Shown: one piece after another, positions 38,509-47,499 of the stretch | How positions within the stretch are numbered: position 1 is the stretch's first letter | Layout of the letters: every line of letters begins with the position of its first letter | Origin: a virus | Virus record (IMG/VR): IMGVR_UViG_3300034101_005796 | Span: 2,893-66,892 of that record | Direction: 5' to 3' (one strand) | DNA: 64,000 nucleotides | Position numbers and translations under genes: made by a program | The notes under the pieces: model-generated | Seen by the model: only the letters and a program-made list of their open reading frames with translations | What the model was told of the DNA's origin: nothing | Database searches by the model: none

Positions 38509-38815
38509 CGATCAAGCCATCACCAACCGCGAAGTTGCCAATGTTTTTCTCAAACATGAGGCCGAATACGACCGCGCGGATGTGACCCTGCCCGAACAAC
38601 TCGTCCGCGACATTGCCGACGACCTGCTCGCCCTTCACGACCTGATCAAAGTCTACAACGCAGTCTATATGCTCGACGAAAAGCCGTTCGCCTTTCTGCC
38701 GCACCACGAAGCCAACCAAATCCAATACTTCATGCGGCGGTTCCGGAACTCCGGCGGCTGGAAACTCATCTCTCCATCCATCTATCCGTGGCGGCAAACC
38801 GCGCAACTCCCATGA
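38498..38815 (+). CDS. Hypothetical protein
   Basis: MSHSDQAIT... in operon. Confidence 0.55.
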   Translation: MSHSDQAITNREVANVFLKHEAEYDRADVTLPEQLVRDIADDLLALHDLIKVYNAVYMLDEKPFAFLPHHEANQIQYFMRRFRNSGGWKLISPSIYPWRQTAQLP

Positions 38816-38994
38816 AAACCATCGAAATCACCATCGACGAATCCGGCAAAACCACTGTCGAAGCCCAAGGCTTCACCGGATCCTCCTGCACCGATGCCAC
38901 CAAAGCCATCGAGCAAGCCCTCGGCGCCGTCTCCCATGACACCAAAAAACCCGAATACTACCAGCAAGCGCGCACCGCGCAAACAATCGGCTAA
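38812..38994 (+). CDS. DUF2997 protein
   Basis: MKTIEITIDESGKTTVEAQGFTGSSC..AT..IEQALG...KPEYY. Confidence 0.85.
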   Translation: MKTIEITIDESGKTTVEAQGFTGSSCTDATKAIEQALGAVSHDTKKPEYYQQARTAQTIG

Positions 38995-39135
38995 ACTTCA
39001 AGCCGAAGCCTTGGCCGCACAAGTCTATATGTGGTGTCACGCCGACGTTGTTAATGAGGACGGCCATCCCACTCAAGAAATGCTCGATCATCGCGTTTCC
39101 GCCGCGCACCGCCTCTGTCTCTACATTGCTCAACT

Positions 39136-39369
39136 ATGACCCTCACCATCACCACCGAAGGGGACATCGTAACTCTCTACGATGACCGCTTACATAAGTT
39201 GAATCTCGGGCGCATGACCATGCGCCGCGCTTCCCACGTGGAATTCAACGCCGCCTCGCAACAGTGGGAAGTCTCCCTGCCCGACCATACGGGCGAAGCC
39301 CTCTTCACCCACCCCGACCGCGCCACCTGCCTTGCATGGGAACGGGAGTATTTCACCGAACGACTATGA
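39136..39369 (+). CDS. Small protein with RRASHVE motif
   Basis: Y...L..LG.MTMRRASHVE...W...F..R...LAWE pattern, often seen next to DUF1257/DUF2997. Confidence 0.65.
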   Translation: MTLTITTEGDIVTLYDDRLHKLNLGRMTMRRASHVEFNAASQQWEVSLPDHTGEALFTHPDRATCLAWEREYFTERL

Positions 39370-39563
39370 CGCTCTCCTTCATTGCCGCCAACCCGCATCG
39401 CCATCCGGCGCTGCTGTTCCCTAAACGCTACAGCCAACGCATCTACGAATTGATGCACATCTACAACTGCGATCACTCCGACGCCGAAGGTATCGCCATC
39501 GTTGAATACTGCGAACTCGGCCACATACCCAAACCACAAACCGATGAAATCCCGTATCATTAA
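39366..39563 (+). CDS. Hypothetical protein
   Basis: Coupled short ORF. Confidence 0.45.
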   Translation: MTLSFIAANPHRHPALLFPKRYSQRIYELMHIYNCDHSDAEGIAIVEYCELGHIPKPQTDEIPYH

Positions 39564-41043
39564 CTACCTCAAAGCCGGATACCCCGGCCTCGCCTTGCAA
39601 TCGCACGAAGAGCATCGCTGCCAAGCCATGCTCCGCTCCGTGGCCGACGAACTCGGCTACAACCTCCATTCGTGGAGCATCACCACCGGACGCACCGATG
39701 TCACGACCGGCGCCGGATTCGGCGAGGACGGCAATCCCGTCGAAGTCCTCGACGGCATCATAGCAGCACCGGAGAAAACCCTCTGCATCCTCAACGACTA
39801 CCACCACTTCCTCGACCAGCCCAATCCGGTCATCTTTCGCAAGCTGAAGGAAGTGCTCTGGCACGCCAAAGCCTCGCAGAAATCCATCCTGCTCCTCGCC
39901 CCGACCATAAAACTCCCGCCCGATCTGGAGAAGATGATGGTGTTGCTCGATTTCGAGCTTCCCTCCAAGGACGAGCTGACCAGCGTGATCGACAGCTTAT
40001 GTAAGTCGAACGAACGCCCCCTACCCGATCCCGATACGCTCGGCAAGGTGCTCGATGCGCTCTCCGGCCTCACTACGAACGAGGCGGAGGATGCTCTCGC
40101 CCTCGCCATCATCGAAACCGGCACCTTCGATACCGGCATCATCACCCGCGAGAAAGCCAACGCCGTGAAGAAGAATGGCCTGCTGGAAATCATCGCATCC
40201 AAGCTGACCCTCGATGACATCGGCGGCCTCGATGTCCTCAAGACCGACCTTCTGAGCAAGCGTAACCTCTTCACTCCTCAAGCCCGCGACTACGGCCTCG
40301 ACAGCCCGCGCGGCTTTCTTGCCGTAGGCCAAGCAGGCACCGGCAAATCGCTCACCGCCCAAGCCTGCGGCAGCATCTTCGGCATCCCGCTCCTGCGTCT
40401 CGATGCCAGTAACATCTTCGCTTCCCATGTCGGCGAATCCGAGCGCAACTGGCGCACCGCCTTCGCCACCGCCCGCGCCGTTGCTCCCTGCGTGTTCTGG
40501 ATCGACGAAGTGGATGGCCTCACCTCCGGCGCGAAGTCCTCCGGCGAAACCGATGGCGGCACGACCAACCGCGTCTTCAAATCCATCCTGCAAGACATGC
40601 AATACAACGCCCAGGGGATCTTCTTCGTCTTCACCGCCAACGACATTGACGCCATTCCCGATCCGCTCATCGACCGCCTCGACGTTTGGGCCGTTGACTT
40701 GCCCAATACCGCCGAACGCCAAGCCATCTGGCGCATCCACATCGCCAAACGCAAACGCGAACCCGACACCTTCGACCTCGCCCAGCTCGCCGACCAGACC
40801 GAAGGCTTCAGCGGTCGCCAGATCGAGCAAGCGTGGCTCAAGGCCATGACCCTCGCCTTCAACGACCAGCGCGAACCCGAAACCTCCGACTGTCTCGCCG
40901 CCCTGACCAAGATCACCCCGACCAGCCTCACCATGGCCGACCAGATCGAAACCCGCCGCCGCCGTCTCGCCGGTAAAGCGACCAACGCTTCCACCCCCAC
41001 CGCCAACACCAAAACCAACAACATCCGCAAACTCGCCGCATGA
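39544..41043 (+). CDS. Ycf46-like AAA+ ATPase
   Basis: L.AGYP...SHEE.R N-domain, REK...KNGLLE, DIGGLDVLK, Walker A GQAGTGKS, VGESE, Walker B WIDEVD, TAND. Confidence 0.92.
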   Translation: MKSRIINYLKAGYPGLALQSHEEHRCQAMLRSVADELGYNLHSWSITTGRTDVTTGAGFGEDGNPVEVLDGIIAAPEKTLCILNDYHHFLDQPNPVIFRKLKEVLWHAKASQKSILLLAPTIKLPPDLEKMMVLLDFELPSKDELTSVIDSLCKSNERPLPDPDTLGKVLDALSGLTTNEAEDALALAIIETGTFDTGIITREKANAVKKNGLLEIIASKLTLDDIGGLDVLKTDLLSKRNLFTPQARDYGLDSPRGFLAVGQAGTGKSLTAQACGSIFGIPLLRLDASNIFASHVGESERNWRTAFATARAVAPCVFWIDEVDGLTSGAKSSGETDGGTTNRVFKSILQDMQYNAQGIFFVFTANDIDAIPDPLIDRLDVWAVDLPNTAERQAIWRIHIAKRKREPDTFDLAQLADQTEGFSGRQIEQAWLKAMTLAFNDQREPETSDCLAALTKITPTSLTMADQIETRRRRLAGKATNASTPTANTKTNNIRKLAA

Positions 41044-41417
41044 AAGATCAACTCACCAACATCGAATCCCTGCTCTCAACCCGCGCAACCGACAAGTCCG
41101 ACGAAGAACAGAAACAACTGTATAGCTTGCTGATGCAGTTCTTTGTCGATCATCCCGTTGGCGACTACACAGCGCGCTACTCCGACGGGCGCCAACAATT
41201 AGGCATTCCTATCGACTACCTTTATGGTCGTTTTGATCCCAAGACAAATCACTTCCACGACGACGATGCCGAATGGCAGCAAGCCGTCGAGAACTTTGTC
41301 AAAGCCTTCAACACCTTTGCTCGCCTCTGGTCAAAGAAACGTCAGCAACTCTTGCTCAAAGATATGGCGAAATCCTTGATCAGTCACGTGAACGCCATCG
41401 AAACCGTCACACAGTAA
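41040..41417 (+). CDS. Hypothetical protein
   Basis: 125-aa coupled ORF. Confidence 0.6.
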   Translation: MKDQLTNIESLLSTRATDKSDEEQKQLYSLLMQFFVDHPVGDYTARYSDGRQQLGIPIDYLYGRFDPKTNHFHDDDAEWQQAVENFVKAFNTFARLWSKKRQQLLLKDMAKSLISHVNAIETVTQ

Positions 41418-41418
41418 C

Positions 41419-41679
41419 ATGACCAACACCGAAGACATCACCGACGCCTTGGATCGACTCGTTCGCGTAGTCGAAGGCTGGACGCTCCATCCGCGTTACA
41501 AATACCACTACGTCACCGTCCCAGCCAGTGACGTGATCGGCTGCGCCCGCCTCTGCGTGGAGCCAGACAGTTACATCTCCGACGATCCCACCTCCCAAGC
41601 CCTGCGCGAACTCCTGCGCAAAGGCTACCGCTGGATCAGAACCGATGGCGAATACGCCGTGTTTGAGAAAATGTTATGA
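41419..41679 (+). CDS. Hypothetical protein
   Basis: 86-aa ORF in early operon. Confidence 0.6.
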   Translation: MTNTEDITDALDRLVRVVEGWTLHPRYKYHYVTVPASDVIGCARLCVEPDSYISDDPTSQALRELLRKGYRWIRTDGEYAVFEKML

Positions 41680-42041
41680 AACCAAACAAACCCATCACCC
41701 GCATCTTTTATCTGGTCGCCACCAGTGCCGGATACTACGGGCACGGCGCCGACCTTATGGAAGCGGCCAGCAACGCAAGAGCCAGCACCTACAAAGGCCG
41801 CAGGCTCAAGAAAACCATGTATGACAAGCCCCTCATCGTCTCGGGCTGGATCAACCACCAGACCGAAGACTGCCAATACCAGCACATTGCGGAGGACGCC
41901 AAGCGCGCTCACATCACGCTCAATGGCTACGAGCACGGCGACTACATTCCCCCGTTCATCGGCAGTTGGTGCCAAGTGATCGCATGGGGAAAACTGCAAA
42001 AGCTCGACATGAGCAAATATCCCGAAGTGGTAATTCGATGA
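41676..42041 (+). CDS. Hypothetical protein
   Basis: 121-aa coupled ORF. Confidence 0.6.
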   Translation: MKPNKPITRIFYLVATSAGYYGHGADLMEAASNARASTYKGRRLKKTMYDKPLIVSGWINHQTEDCQYQHIAEDAKRAHITLNGYEHGDYIPPFIGSWCQVIAWGKLQKLDMSKYPEVVIR

Positions 42042-42358
42042 ACAAATACTCACAACACACTCCTGGCCCTTGGTGGATAGACGACAACGGATTCGTTGCG
42101 TCCGGTTCGGGCGACGATTACAAAACGATTGCCGACCCGCGCTGCATGGAACCGCGTGGAAATGAAGCGGAGATCGACGCAAACGCTGACCTCATCGCCG
42201 CTGCGCCTGATCTGTTAGTAGAACTCAAAGGGCTACTCGAAGTATTCACAGCGTATATCGACACCGAGGACGTTGCCAACGCCGATATTGTGGAAGCTGT
42301 TCGGGCTGCCGCCGCAGCAATCGCCGCAGCCGAAGGGAGAGGCAAACCGAGCGCATAA
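42038..42358 (+). CDS. HTPGPW-family phage protein
   Basis: HTPGPW...ANADLIAAAPDLL motifs. Confidence 0.75.
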   Translation: MNKYSQHTPGPWWIDDNGFVASGSGDDYKTIADPRCMEPRGNEAEIDANADLIAAAPDLLVELKGLLEVFTAYIDTEDVANADIVEAVRAAAAAIAAAEGRGKPSA

Positions 42359-42362
42359 CAAA

Positions 42363-42671
42363 ATGACCACCCCCGAATTCCACGAAGCCTTGCGCAAGTG
42401 CGACTTCTACCGCACCGGCACCGGAGGAGGGTGTGATGCCCTGATTCGCACGTTCCCCGACGATGCGCGAATCATCCTCACCTGCGCCGAAGATCCCTCT
42501 GTGCCCGAAGCCGACGAGGATGTTTGCATTGGCTACATCGGCGCCGACCACGGCCCGTCTCTCACGCCACGGCAAGGCAGTTATCTGGCCTGGACAACCA
42601 CCGCCGACGAAGCCCTGCGCTTTGCGCGCAACCTGTCTTACTGCCCCGAAGGCGCGCCGTTTCTTCTATGA
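42363..42671 (+). CDS. Hypothetical protein
   Basis: TGGGCDAL motif; in operon. Confidence 0.6.
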   Translation: MTTPEFHEALRKCDFYRTGTGGGCDALIRTFPDDARIILTCAEDPSVPEADEDVCIGYIGADHGPSLTPRQGSYLAWTTTADEALRFARNLSYCPEGAPFLL

Positions 42672-42898
42672 CTGACAAACAATGGGTCAAAGACGCCGAG
42701 AAAGCATTTCTTGGCAAAACCATCGTGGGCGTCCGCTACATGACCCAAGCGGAATGCGACGAAATGGGATGGCGCAGCCGCCCACTCGTCTTGGCCCTCA
42801 ACGATGGAAACCTCATCTGGCCGTCTCGCGACGATGAAGGCAACGATGCCGGTGCCTTGTTCTGCAATGACGAACCCGGATGCTTCCCCGTGCTTTGA
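42668..42898 (+). CDS. Conserved phage hypothetical protein
   Basis: LGKTIVGVRYMT..E...MGW...SRDDEGNDAGAL motif. Confidence 0.7.
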   Translation: MTDKQWVKDAEKAFLGKTIVGVRYMTQAECDEMGWRSRPLVLALNDGNLIWPSRDDEGNDAGALFCNDEPGCFPVL

Positions 42899-42930
42899 GA
42901 ACGATCAAATTCAATACCTTCCACCCCGAC

Positions 42931-43149
42931 ATGAGCGACCGCATGGCCGAAACGGCGGCGCTGGTTGCTTTGGGTAGAATCAACAAGGAGATCGCCGATG
43001 AGATGGGAGTCAGCATCAAGACCGTGCAGAAGTTCCGCGAAATGATCAATTACCGCTTTGGCACCCGCAACACGGCAGACATAACGCGCCTCGCCATTTG
43101 GCTTGGTATCATCAATTTGGATGAAGCCGACGATCCGCGTTGGCATTGA
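42931..43149 (+). CDS. LuxR/GerE-type HTH regulator (stand-alone)
   Basis: G..NKEIADEMGVSIKTV...R......FG..N...I.R.AI..G. Confidence 0.8.
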   Translation: MSDRMAETAALVALGRINKEIADEMGVSIKTVQKFREMINYRFGTRNTADITRLAIWLGIINLDEADDPRWH

Positions 43150-43957
43150 AGGCGCGCGCCCGGTTGTCCTTGCCGAAATACGGCGGCGCAATACGCCGGT
43201 CTTGGTCAGCGCCAATAGCTTGTGGAATGACCGCAGCCGCCAATGGCGGCAAACGTGGCGGGCCTATGCCGATCTGGATGTCGCGCTGGACTCCGGCGGA
43301 TTTGTCGCCATGCACCGCTACGGGCGATTCCGGTGGACCGCAGAGCAATACGCGCATCTTGCCGCCGCCATGCAGCCGACATGGTGGGCGCAAATGGACT
43401 TTTGCTGCGAACCTGAGATTGCCAGCTCGCGTTCACAGGTGTTTGAGCGTATCGACCGAACAGCGCAGGCTTTGCACCAGTGCCGTCAAGCGGCGGTCAT
43501 GCATGGAGCACAATCTCCATTGGTCGTTCTGCAGGGTTGGCATCCATCCGACTATGTTAGTGGCCCTGCGTTCGACGATCCTTCTTTCGTCTGGCCCTCT
43601 CTGGTCGGTGTGGGAAGCGTATGCCGCCGCGCGTTGCATGGAGCGTCTGGCTTGCTCGCCGTGATTGGTGCGATTGATCGGGCCTTGCCGGACTATGTGC
43701 GTTTGCACTTCTTTGGCGTAAAAGGCGCGGCGCTGTCCTATCTGCGCGACCATCCTCGTTTTGCCTCAATGGACTCGATGGCATGGAGCATGGCGGCGCG
43801 CTGGGATGCCCTCAAGCGCAAGCGTTCTTGCGATGCCCATTGGCGAGCCATGCATCTTCGGCAATGGCTCGAACGGCAACATCAGCTTTCCCATTCCACA
43901 CAACTCCAACTACCTCTATGCAACAAGAAATCCGCGTCCAACTTGACGTTTCCGTGA
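43121..43957 (+). CDS. tRNA-guanine transglycosylase-fold (DpdA-like) protein
   Basis: ALDSGGF, MDFCCEP, VLQGW, VGVGSVCRR, LHFFGVKG and S.DSMAW motifs. Confidence 0.78.
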   Translation: MKPTIRVGIEGARPVVLAEIRRRNTPVLVSANSLWNDRSRQWRQTWRAYADLDVALDSGGFVAMHRYGRFRWTAEQYAHLAAAMQPTWWAQMDFCCEPEIASSRSQVFERIDRTAQALHQCRQAAVMHGAQSPLVVLQGWHPSDYVSGPAFDDPSFVWPSLVGVGSVCRRALHGASGLLAVIGAIDRALPDYVRLHFFGVKGAALSYLRDHPRFASMDSMAWSMAARWDALKRKRSCDAHWRAMHLRQWLERQHQLSHSTQLQLPLCNKKSASNLTFP

Positions 43958-44169
43958 CCGTGGATGCCAAGCATTCCGATGCCAAAGTGCGCGAAATCGT
44001 GGAAAGCGGCATCCGCAATGCTTGGCCCAACAACTACAAGTATATCCGCGACCTTCGCTATGCCGAAGAACGACACATCTACCAAGGCAAGCGAATCAGG
44101 TGGCAGACCATCTTCTCCGCAGAAATCCGTCCCTCACCGCGCGGGACACCATCTTTGACCAATCCATGA
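43918..44169 (+). CDS. Hypothetical protein
   Basis: MQQEIRVQL... Confidence 0.5.
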   Translation: MQQEIRVQLDVSVTVDAKHSDAKVREIVESGIRNAWPNNYKYIRDLRYAEERHIYQGKRIRWQTIFSAEIRPSPRGTPSLTNP

Positions 44170-44678
44170 CCACACCACCCTTCCCGCACGGACGCGCTCT
44201 GTGCCTTTACAACGTGCCGAAGCAAGAAGTCCTCGACTGCAACGTGCAGCCCTTCATCGAACGGATGACCCCCTACGTGCTCAATCCCGAACCCGACCTC
44301 GTGGACACCTTCGCCGTGCTCATCGACGGCTACAACGACGTGGACGACGAAATCTACACCATCCCCGAGATCCGCGCCTACTGGCAGGAACTCGACCGGC
44401 GCTGGCCCTACATCTTCTTCTTCGGCAGCGTGCTGGCCGAGATGCCGCAGATGGTCGCGTGGTGCTGCCACAACAACCTCAACTCCTACAAACGGCCCGG
44501 CTGCCTGAGCACCATGATCGACTACGACAAACCCGAACTCATCCACTGGCTGCACCAGCATTGGCCACCCATGAACTGCCTCTTCGAGCTGGCCTACCCC
44601 GACCCCGCCCAACGCGAATACGCCATCTTCGAACGCACCCGACAAATCTTCCGTGCCTTCAACATAGAATTCCCATGA
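44166..44678 (+). CDS. CRR6 (DUF1817)-like protein
   Basis: IDGYND...EIYTIPEIRAYWQELDRRWPYIFFF resembles the CRR6 core. Confidence 0.65.
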   Translation: MTTPPFPHGRALCLYNVPKQEVLDCNVQPFIERMTPYVLNPEPDLVDTFAVLIDGYNDVDDEIYTIPEIRAYWQELDRRWPYIFFFGSVLAEMPQMVAWCCHNNLNSYKRPGCLSTMIDYDKPELIHWLHQHWPPMNCLFELAYPDPAQREYAIFERTRQIFRAFNIEFP

Positions 44679-44863
44679 AATTCGACAACCCTTGGGATCC
44701 CGAGGATTCCGACCGCCTCATCTGGCAAGCCCTGACTCTTGCCATGGACGCCGTGCTCTCCCTGCGCGTGGTCCGCGGCCTGCTCGCCATCAACCCCTTC
44801 GCCGATGCCGTCGAAGCGGCCCCAGCGATCAAGCCCAAACGCAAACGCCGTGAATCAGCTTGA
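44675..44863 (+). CDS. Hypothetical protein
   Basis: MKFDNPWDP... Confidence 0.5.
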   Translation: MKFDNPWDPEDSDRLIWQALTLAMDAVLSLRVVRGLLAINPFADAVEAAPAIKPKRKRRESA

Positions 44864-45116
44864 TTTTGCATGGCTTGCTGCCGAACGGCGGCGGCGCTTG
44901 TATGAGGATCGCGATTACTTTGCCGTATATCGCATCGGCAAAACTATGCACGAATTCGTAGCCAACGTGTTAGCTCGTGACGAAGCAGATGCCGTAAACA
45001 TTGCAAAAAGACAAATCTACTTTCGTCCGGTTCAAGGGCGCACCTATTTGCGATCCACACGTATCGGCTTGAGCGGCTACGCCGCAGCGCTCCTCAAGTC
45101 CAACTTCCAAAAGTGA
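44850..45116 (+). CDS. Hypothetical protein
   Basis: GTG start (VNQLDFAW...). Confidence 0.45.
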   Translation: MNQLDFAWLAAERRRRLYEDRDYFAVYRIGKTMHEFVANVLARDEADAVNIAKRQIYFRPVQGRTYLRSTRIGLSGYAAALLKSNFQK

Positions 45117-45162
45117 AGCGGGCGCCGAAGCGCCCGCCACACCTCTCGTCCCCACAAGAGTA

Positions 45163-45486
45163 TTACTCGGCGGCTACATCCACATCGTTAGCCGACACCG
45201 TGAAATTGAAGGTAAACGACGTAGCAAATTCGTTGTTCGTCGGATTGATCGCACCAATGGTCCGACTGACGGTCATGCGAGACGGACGATTCGCCGCCGG
45301 AATCGCAGTGAAGGTTGTGTGAAACCGGTGAAGGAGCGCGTAAATGAATTTGCGACTATCGCCCGTTACTTCGTCGGCCTCCGCCGCCGTCAGTTCGGGA
45401 AACGCCGCAATCGGAATCGAAAGTGTCGTGCCATTTTCCGAGTAACTAGTTCCGAAAAATACCGTTGGTGCAGGATTGAAAGCCAT
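45163..45486 (-). CDS. Isolated late-type gene, putative virion protein
   Basis: 107 aa, MAFNPAPT... structural-like; opposite strand to neighbours; TTGACA-N13-ATG. Confidence 0.7.
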   Translation of the reverse strand: MAFNPAPTVFFGTSYSENGTTLSIPIAAFPELTAAEADEVTGDSRKFIYALLHRFHTTFTAIPAANRPSRMTVSRTIGAINPTNNEFATSFTFNFTVSANDVDVAAE

Positions 45487-45508
45487 GCCTCTTCCCTTTT
45501 GTCAACCT

Positions 45509-45724
45509 ATGGAAACCACAACCACCCAAACCACCGCCAAAATCAACAGTAGCCTGCTTTGCCGATCCAAGGTCAAAGCCTACCTCTTGGATCACGCCAA
45601 GAAGTCCCGCCACCACAAGTTCACCCGCGTCAGCGCGGCCACCCTCGACAAGCTGGAAGCCGTCATCCGGCAAGCCTGCCGCCGCCATGTCGGTGATCAC
45701 CCTTCCAGCGGAACTACTCTCTGA
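45509..45724 (+). CDS. Putative histone-fold protein
   Basis: LLCRSKVKAYL...RVSAATLDKLEAVIRQAC.......SGTTL matches the alpha1-L1-alpha2-L2 pattern of bacterial histones. Confidence 0.7.
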   Translation: METTTTQTTAKINSSLLCRSKVKAYLLDHAKKSRHHKFTRVSAATLDKLEAVIRQACRRHVGDHPSSGTTL

Positions 45725-46030
45725 TGCAGCGCGGATTGGGCCACTTGTCTTCTCCGCGTTCCGAGACGAGCTAAACACCAACACTCGTTTTCGCAAACGA
45801 TGGAAAAAGCAGTGGCATCGAGCTGCCAAGCATCCGCTCTACCCATCTTGGACCATGAAATACCTGCACTGCTCAGGCATTGAAGTCATGCACTGCGGTC
45901 ATCCTACCGCTCTCCGGCCTTGGTATGCCTACCTTCCGGATGGAACCAGAGTAATTCACGGCGATTTTTATGCTTTCCGCCACCTTGAAGACTGCCGAGT
46001 AGCAGCCTTCGTTTTCTGGTGGAACCAACT

Positions 46031-46693
46031 ATGCCAACAAAAACAGCAGAACCGAAAGCCCCGGCTAAAGCCGCAGGCTTGAAAAAAGTGAACCTCGGCG
46101 GCATCGCCACCAAGTCCAGTAGCAAGACCAAGACGGAATACCCCGTCCTCCCTGACCCCAACGGTGATGTCGCCAAACTCGTGGCCGACATCCGCCGCGA
46201 AACCGCCGAAATGGAAGCCCTCGAAGGCAGCCTCGACATCAAGAAAGCCGAGCTGCGAGGCCAAGCCCAAGAGTATTACTTCGAGCATTACTCCGGCAAA
46301 CACGACATCGCCTCGTCCATCGAGGCCCGTGCCGACAACGAAGCCGTGCTGGTCAGTTTCTCCAGCCGCTACAAAACCATCACCGACGAGTCCTCCCTCA
46401 TCGACACCATCGGCGAAGACCGCACCGCGCGCTTCTTCCGGCAGTCGTTCGAACTCAAGGTGGACGGAGACAAGATCCCCGAAAGCGAGGCGGAAAACCT
46501 CATCGAAGAGTTGAGCGCCCTGTTCGCCCGATTCAATGCCGGTGATGCCCTGACCGCCAAATCGGTGATCAAGCCCACGGCGGAATTCCACACCGCGCGC
46601 CACACCGCGCTGTCGGTGGACGAAAACCGCGCCGTCGACCTGATCTGCCCGATCATCGCCTCGGTCAAAACCAAGGGCCGCAAGAAAGACTGA
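46031..46693 (+). CDS. Hypothetical protein with coiled coil
   Basis: 220-aa ORF directly before the ligase-like gene. Confidence 0.75.
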   Translation: MPTKTAEPKAPAKAAGLKKVNLGGIATKSSSKTKTEYPVLPDPNGDVAKLVADIRRETAEMEALEGSLDIKKAELRGQAQEYYFEHYSGKHDIASSIEARADNEAVLVSFSSRYKTITDESSLIDTIGEDRTARFFRQSFELKVDGDKIPESEAENLIEELSALFARFNAGDALTAKSVIKPTAEFHTARHTALSVDENRAVDLICPIIASVKTKGRKKD

Positions 46694-46696
46694 CCC

Positions 46697-47302
46697 ATGA
46701 CCCTCCCCTCCTACCCAGCCCGCCCCATCAACGGCGGGCCGTTGGAGCGGGCGCGCCCTAAATCGGGGCATTGGACTTACGAACCCAAGCTGAACGGCTG
46801 GCGCGCGTTAGTCCATGCCCCGACCGGGCGCATGTGGAACCGGCACGGCGAGAGGCTGTCTATCGAAGACTGCTTCAAGCCGGTGCTGGACACGCTCGCC
46901 AAAGCCGACGTTCCCGAATGGCTCGACTGCGAAGCCTTGGAACGCCGCCTCAACCTCGGACGCGGCAGCCTCGTCGTATTCGACTACATCCCGTCCGGAA
47001 CAGACCGGATCACCCCTTACGAAAAGCGTAAAGCCAAACTGGAAGCCGCCATGAAAACCCTGCCCAACTGGCACCCATGGCAATTCGGCCCTCCGGTGCA
47101 ATCTGCCCTCTACACCATCGAAGGCTACATCCCTGAAGTCATCGACGAACTCTACCTCAACCTAAAATTTGAAAACCAAGCCCTTGATGCCGACCTCTAC
47201 GAAGGACTCGTCGCCAAGCGCACCAACTCACCCTACCCCGTCCAACAACGCTCGTCCTCCGAAGAAACCACCTTCTGGGTCAAGCACCGCTGGGCATTCT
47301 AA
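46697..47302 (+). CDS. ATP-dependent ligase-like nucleotidyltransferase domain (no OB domain)
   Basis: Motif I EPKLNGWR, III LDCE, IIIa VFD, IV EGLVAK, V WVKHR, then stop. Confidence 0.8.
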   Translation: MTLPSYPARPINGGPLERARPKSGHWTYEPKLNGWRALVHAPTGRMWNRHGERLSIEDCFKPVLDTLAKADVPEWLDCEALERRLNLGRGSLVVFDYIPSGTDRITPYEKRKAKLEAAMKTLPNWHPWQFGPPVQSALYTIEGYIPEVIDELYLNLKFENQALDADLYEGLVAKRTNSPYPVQQRSSSEETTFWVKHRWAF

Positions 47303-47304
47303 CT

Positions 47305-47499
47305 ATGCAACAACAACACGAATGGTGGGTTTTCTCCACCGCATTAAGAGAAGGATGGCTCATGCTCTACTGCAATAAGACAGGGACTACAGGATCAGTG
47401 CGTGATCCGTCCAAAGAGGAATGGGCCAAAGCTTACGACGCACCTAGCACACCTTACCGGTGGCACGATGCATCCCGTGTCATCGTAGACAAACCATGA
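47305..47499 (+). CDS. Hypothetical protein
   Basis: 64-aa Trp-rich ORF. Confidence 0.55.
   Translation: MQQQHEWWVFSTALREGWLMLYCNKTGTTGSVRDPSKEEWAKAYDAPSTPYRWHDASRVIVDKP

Noticed and set aside
45687-46082. 131-aa ORF as a confident gene
   Set aside because: Overlaps both neighbours and has no clear start; a shorter gene may exist but I cannot support it.
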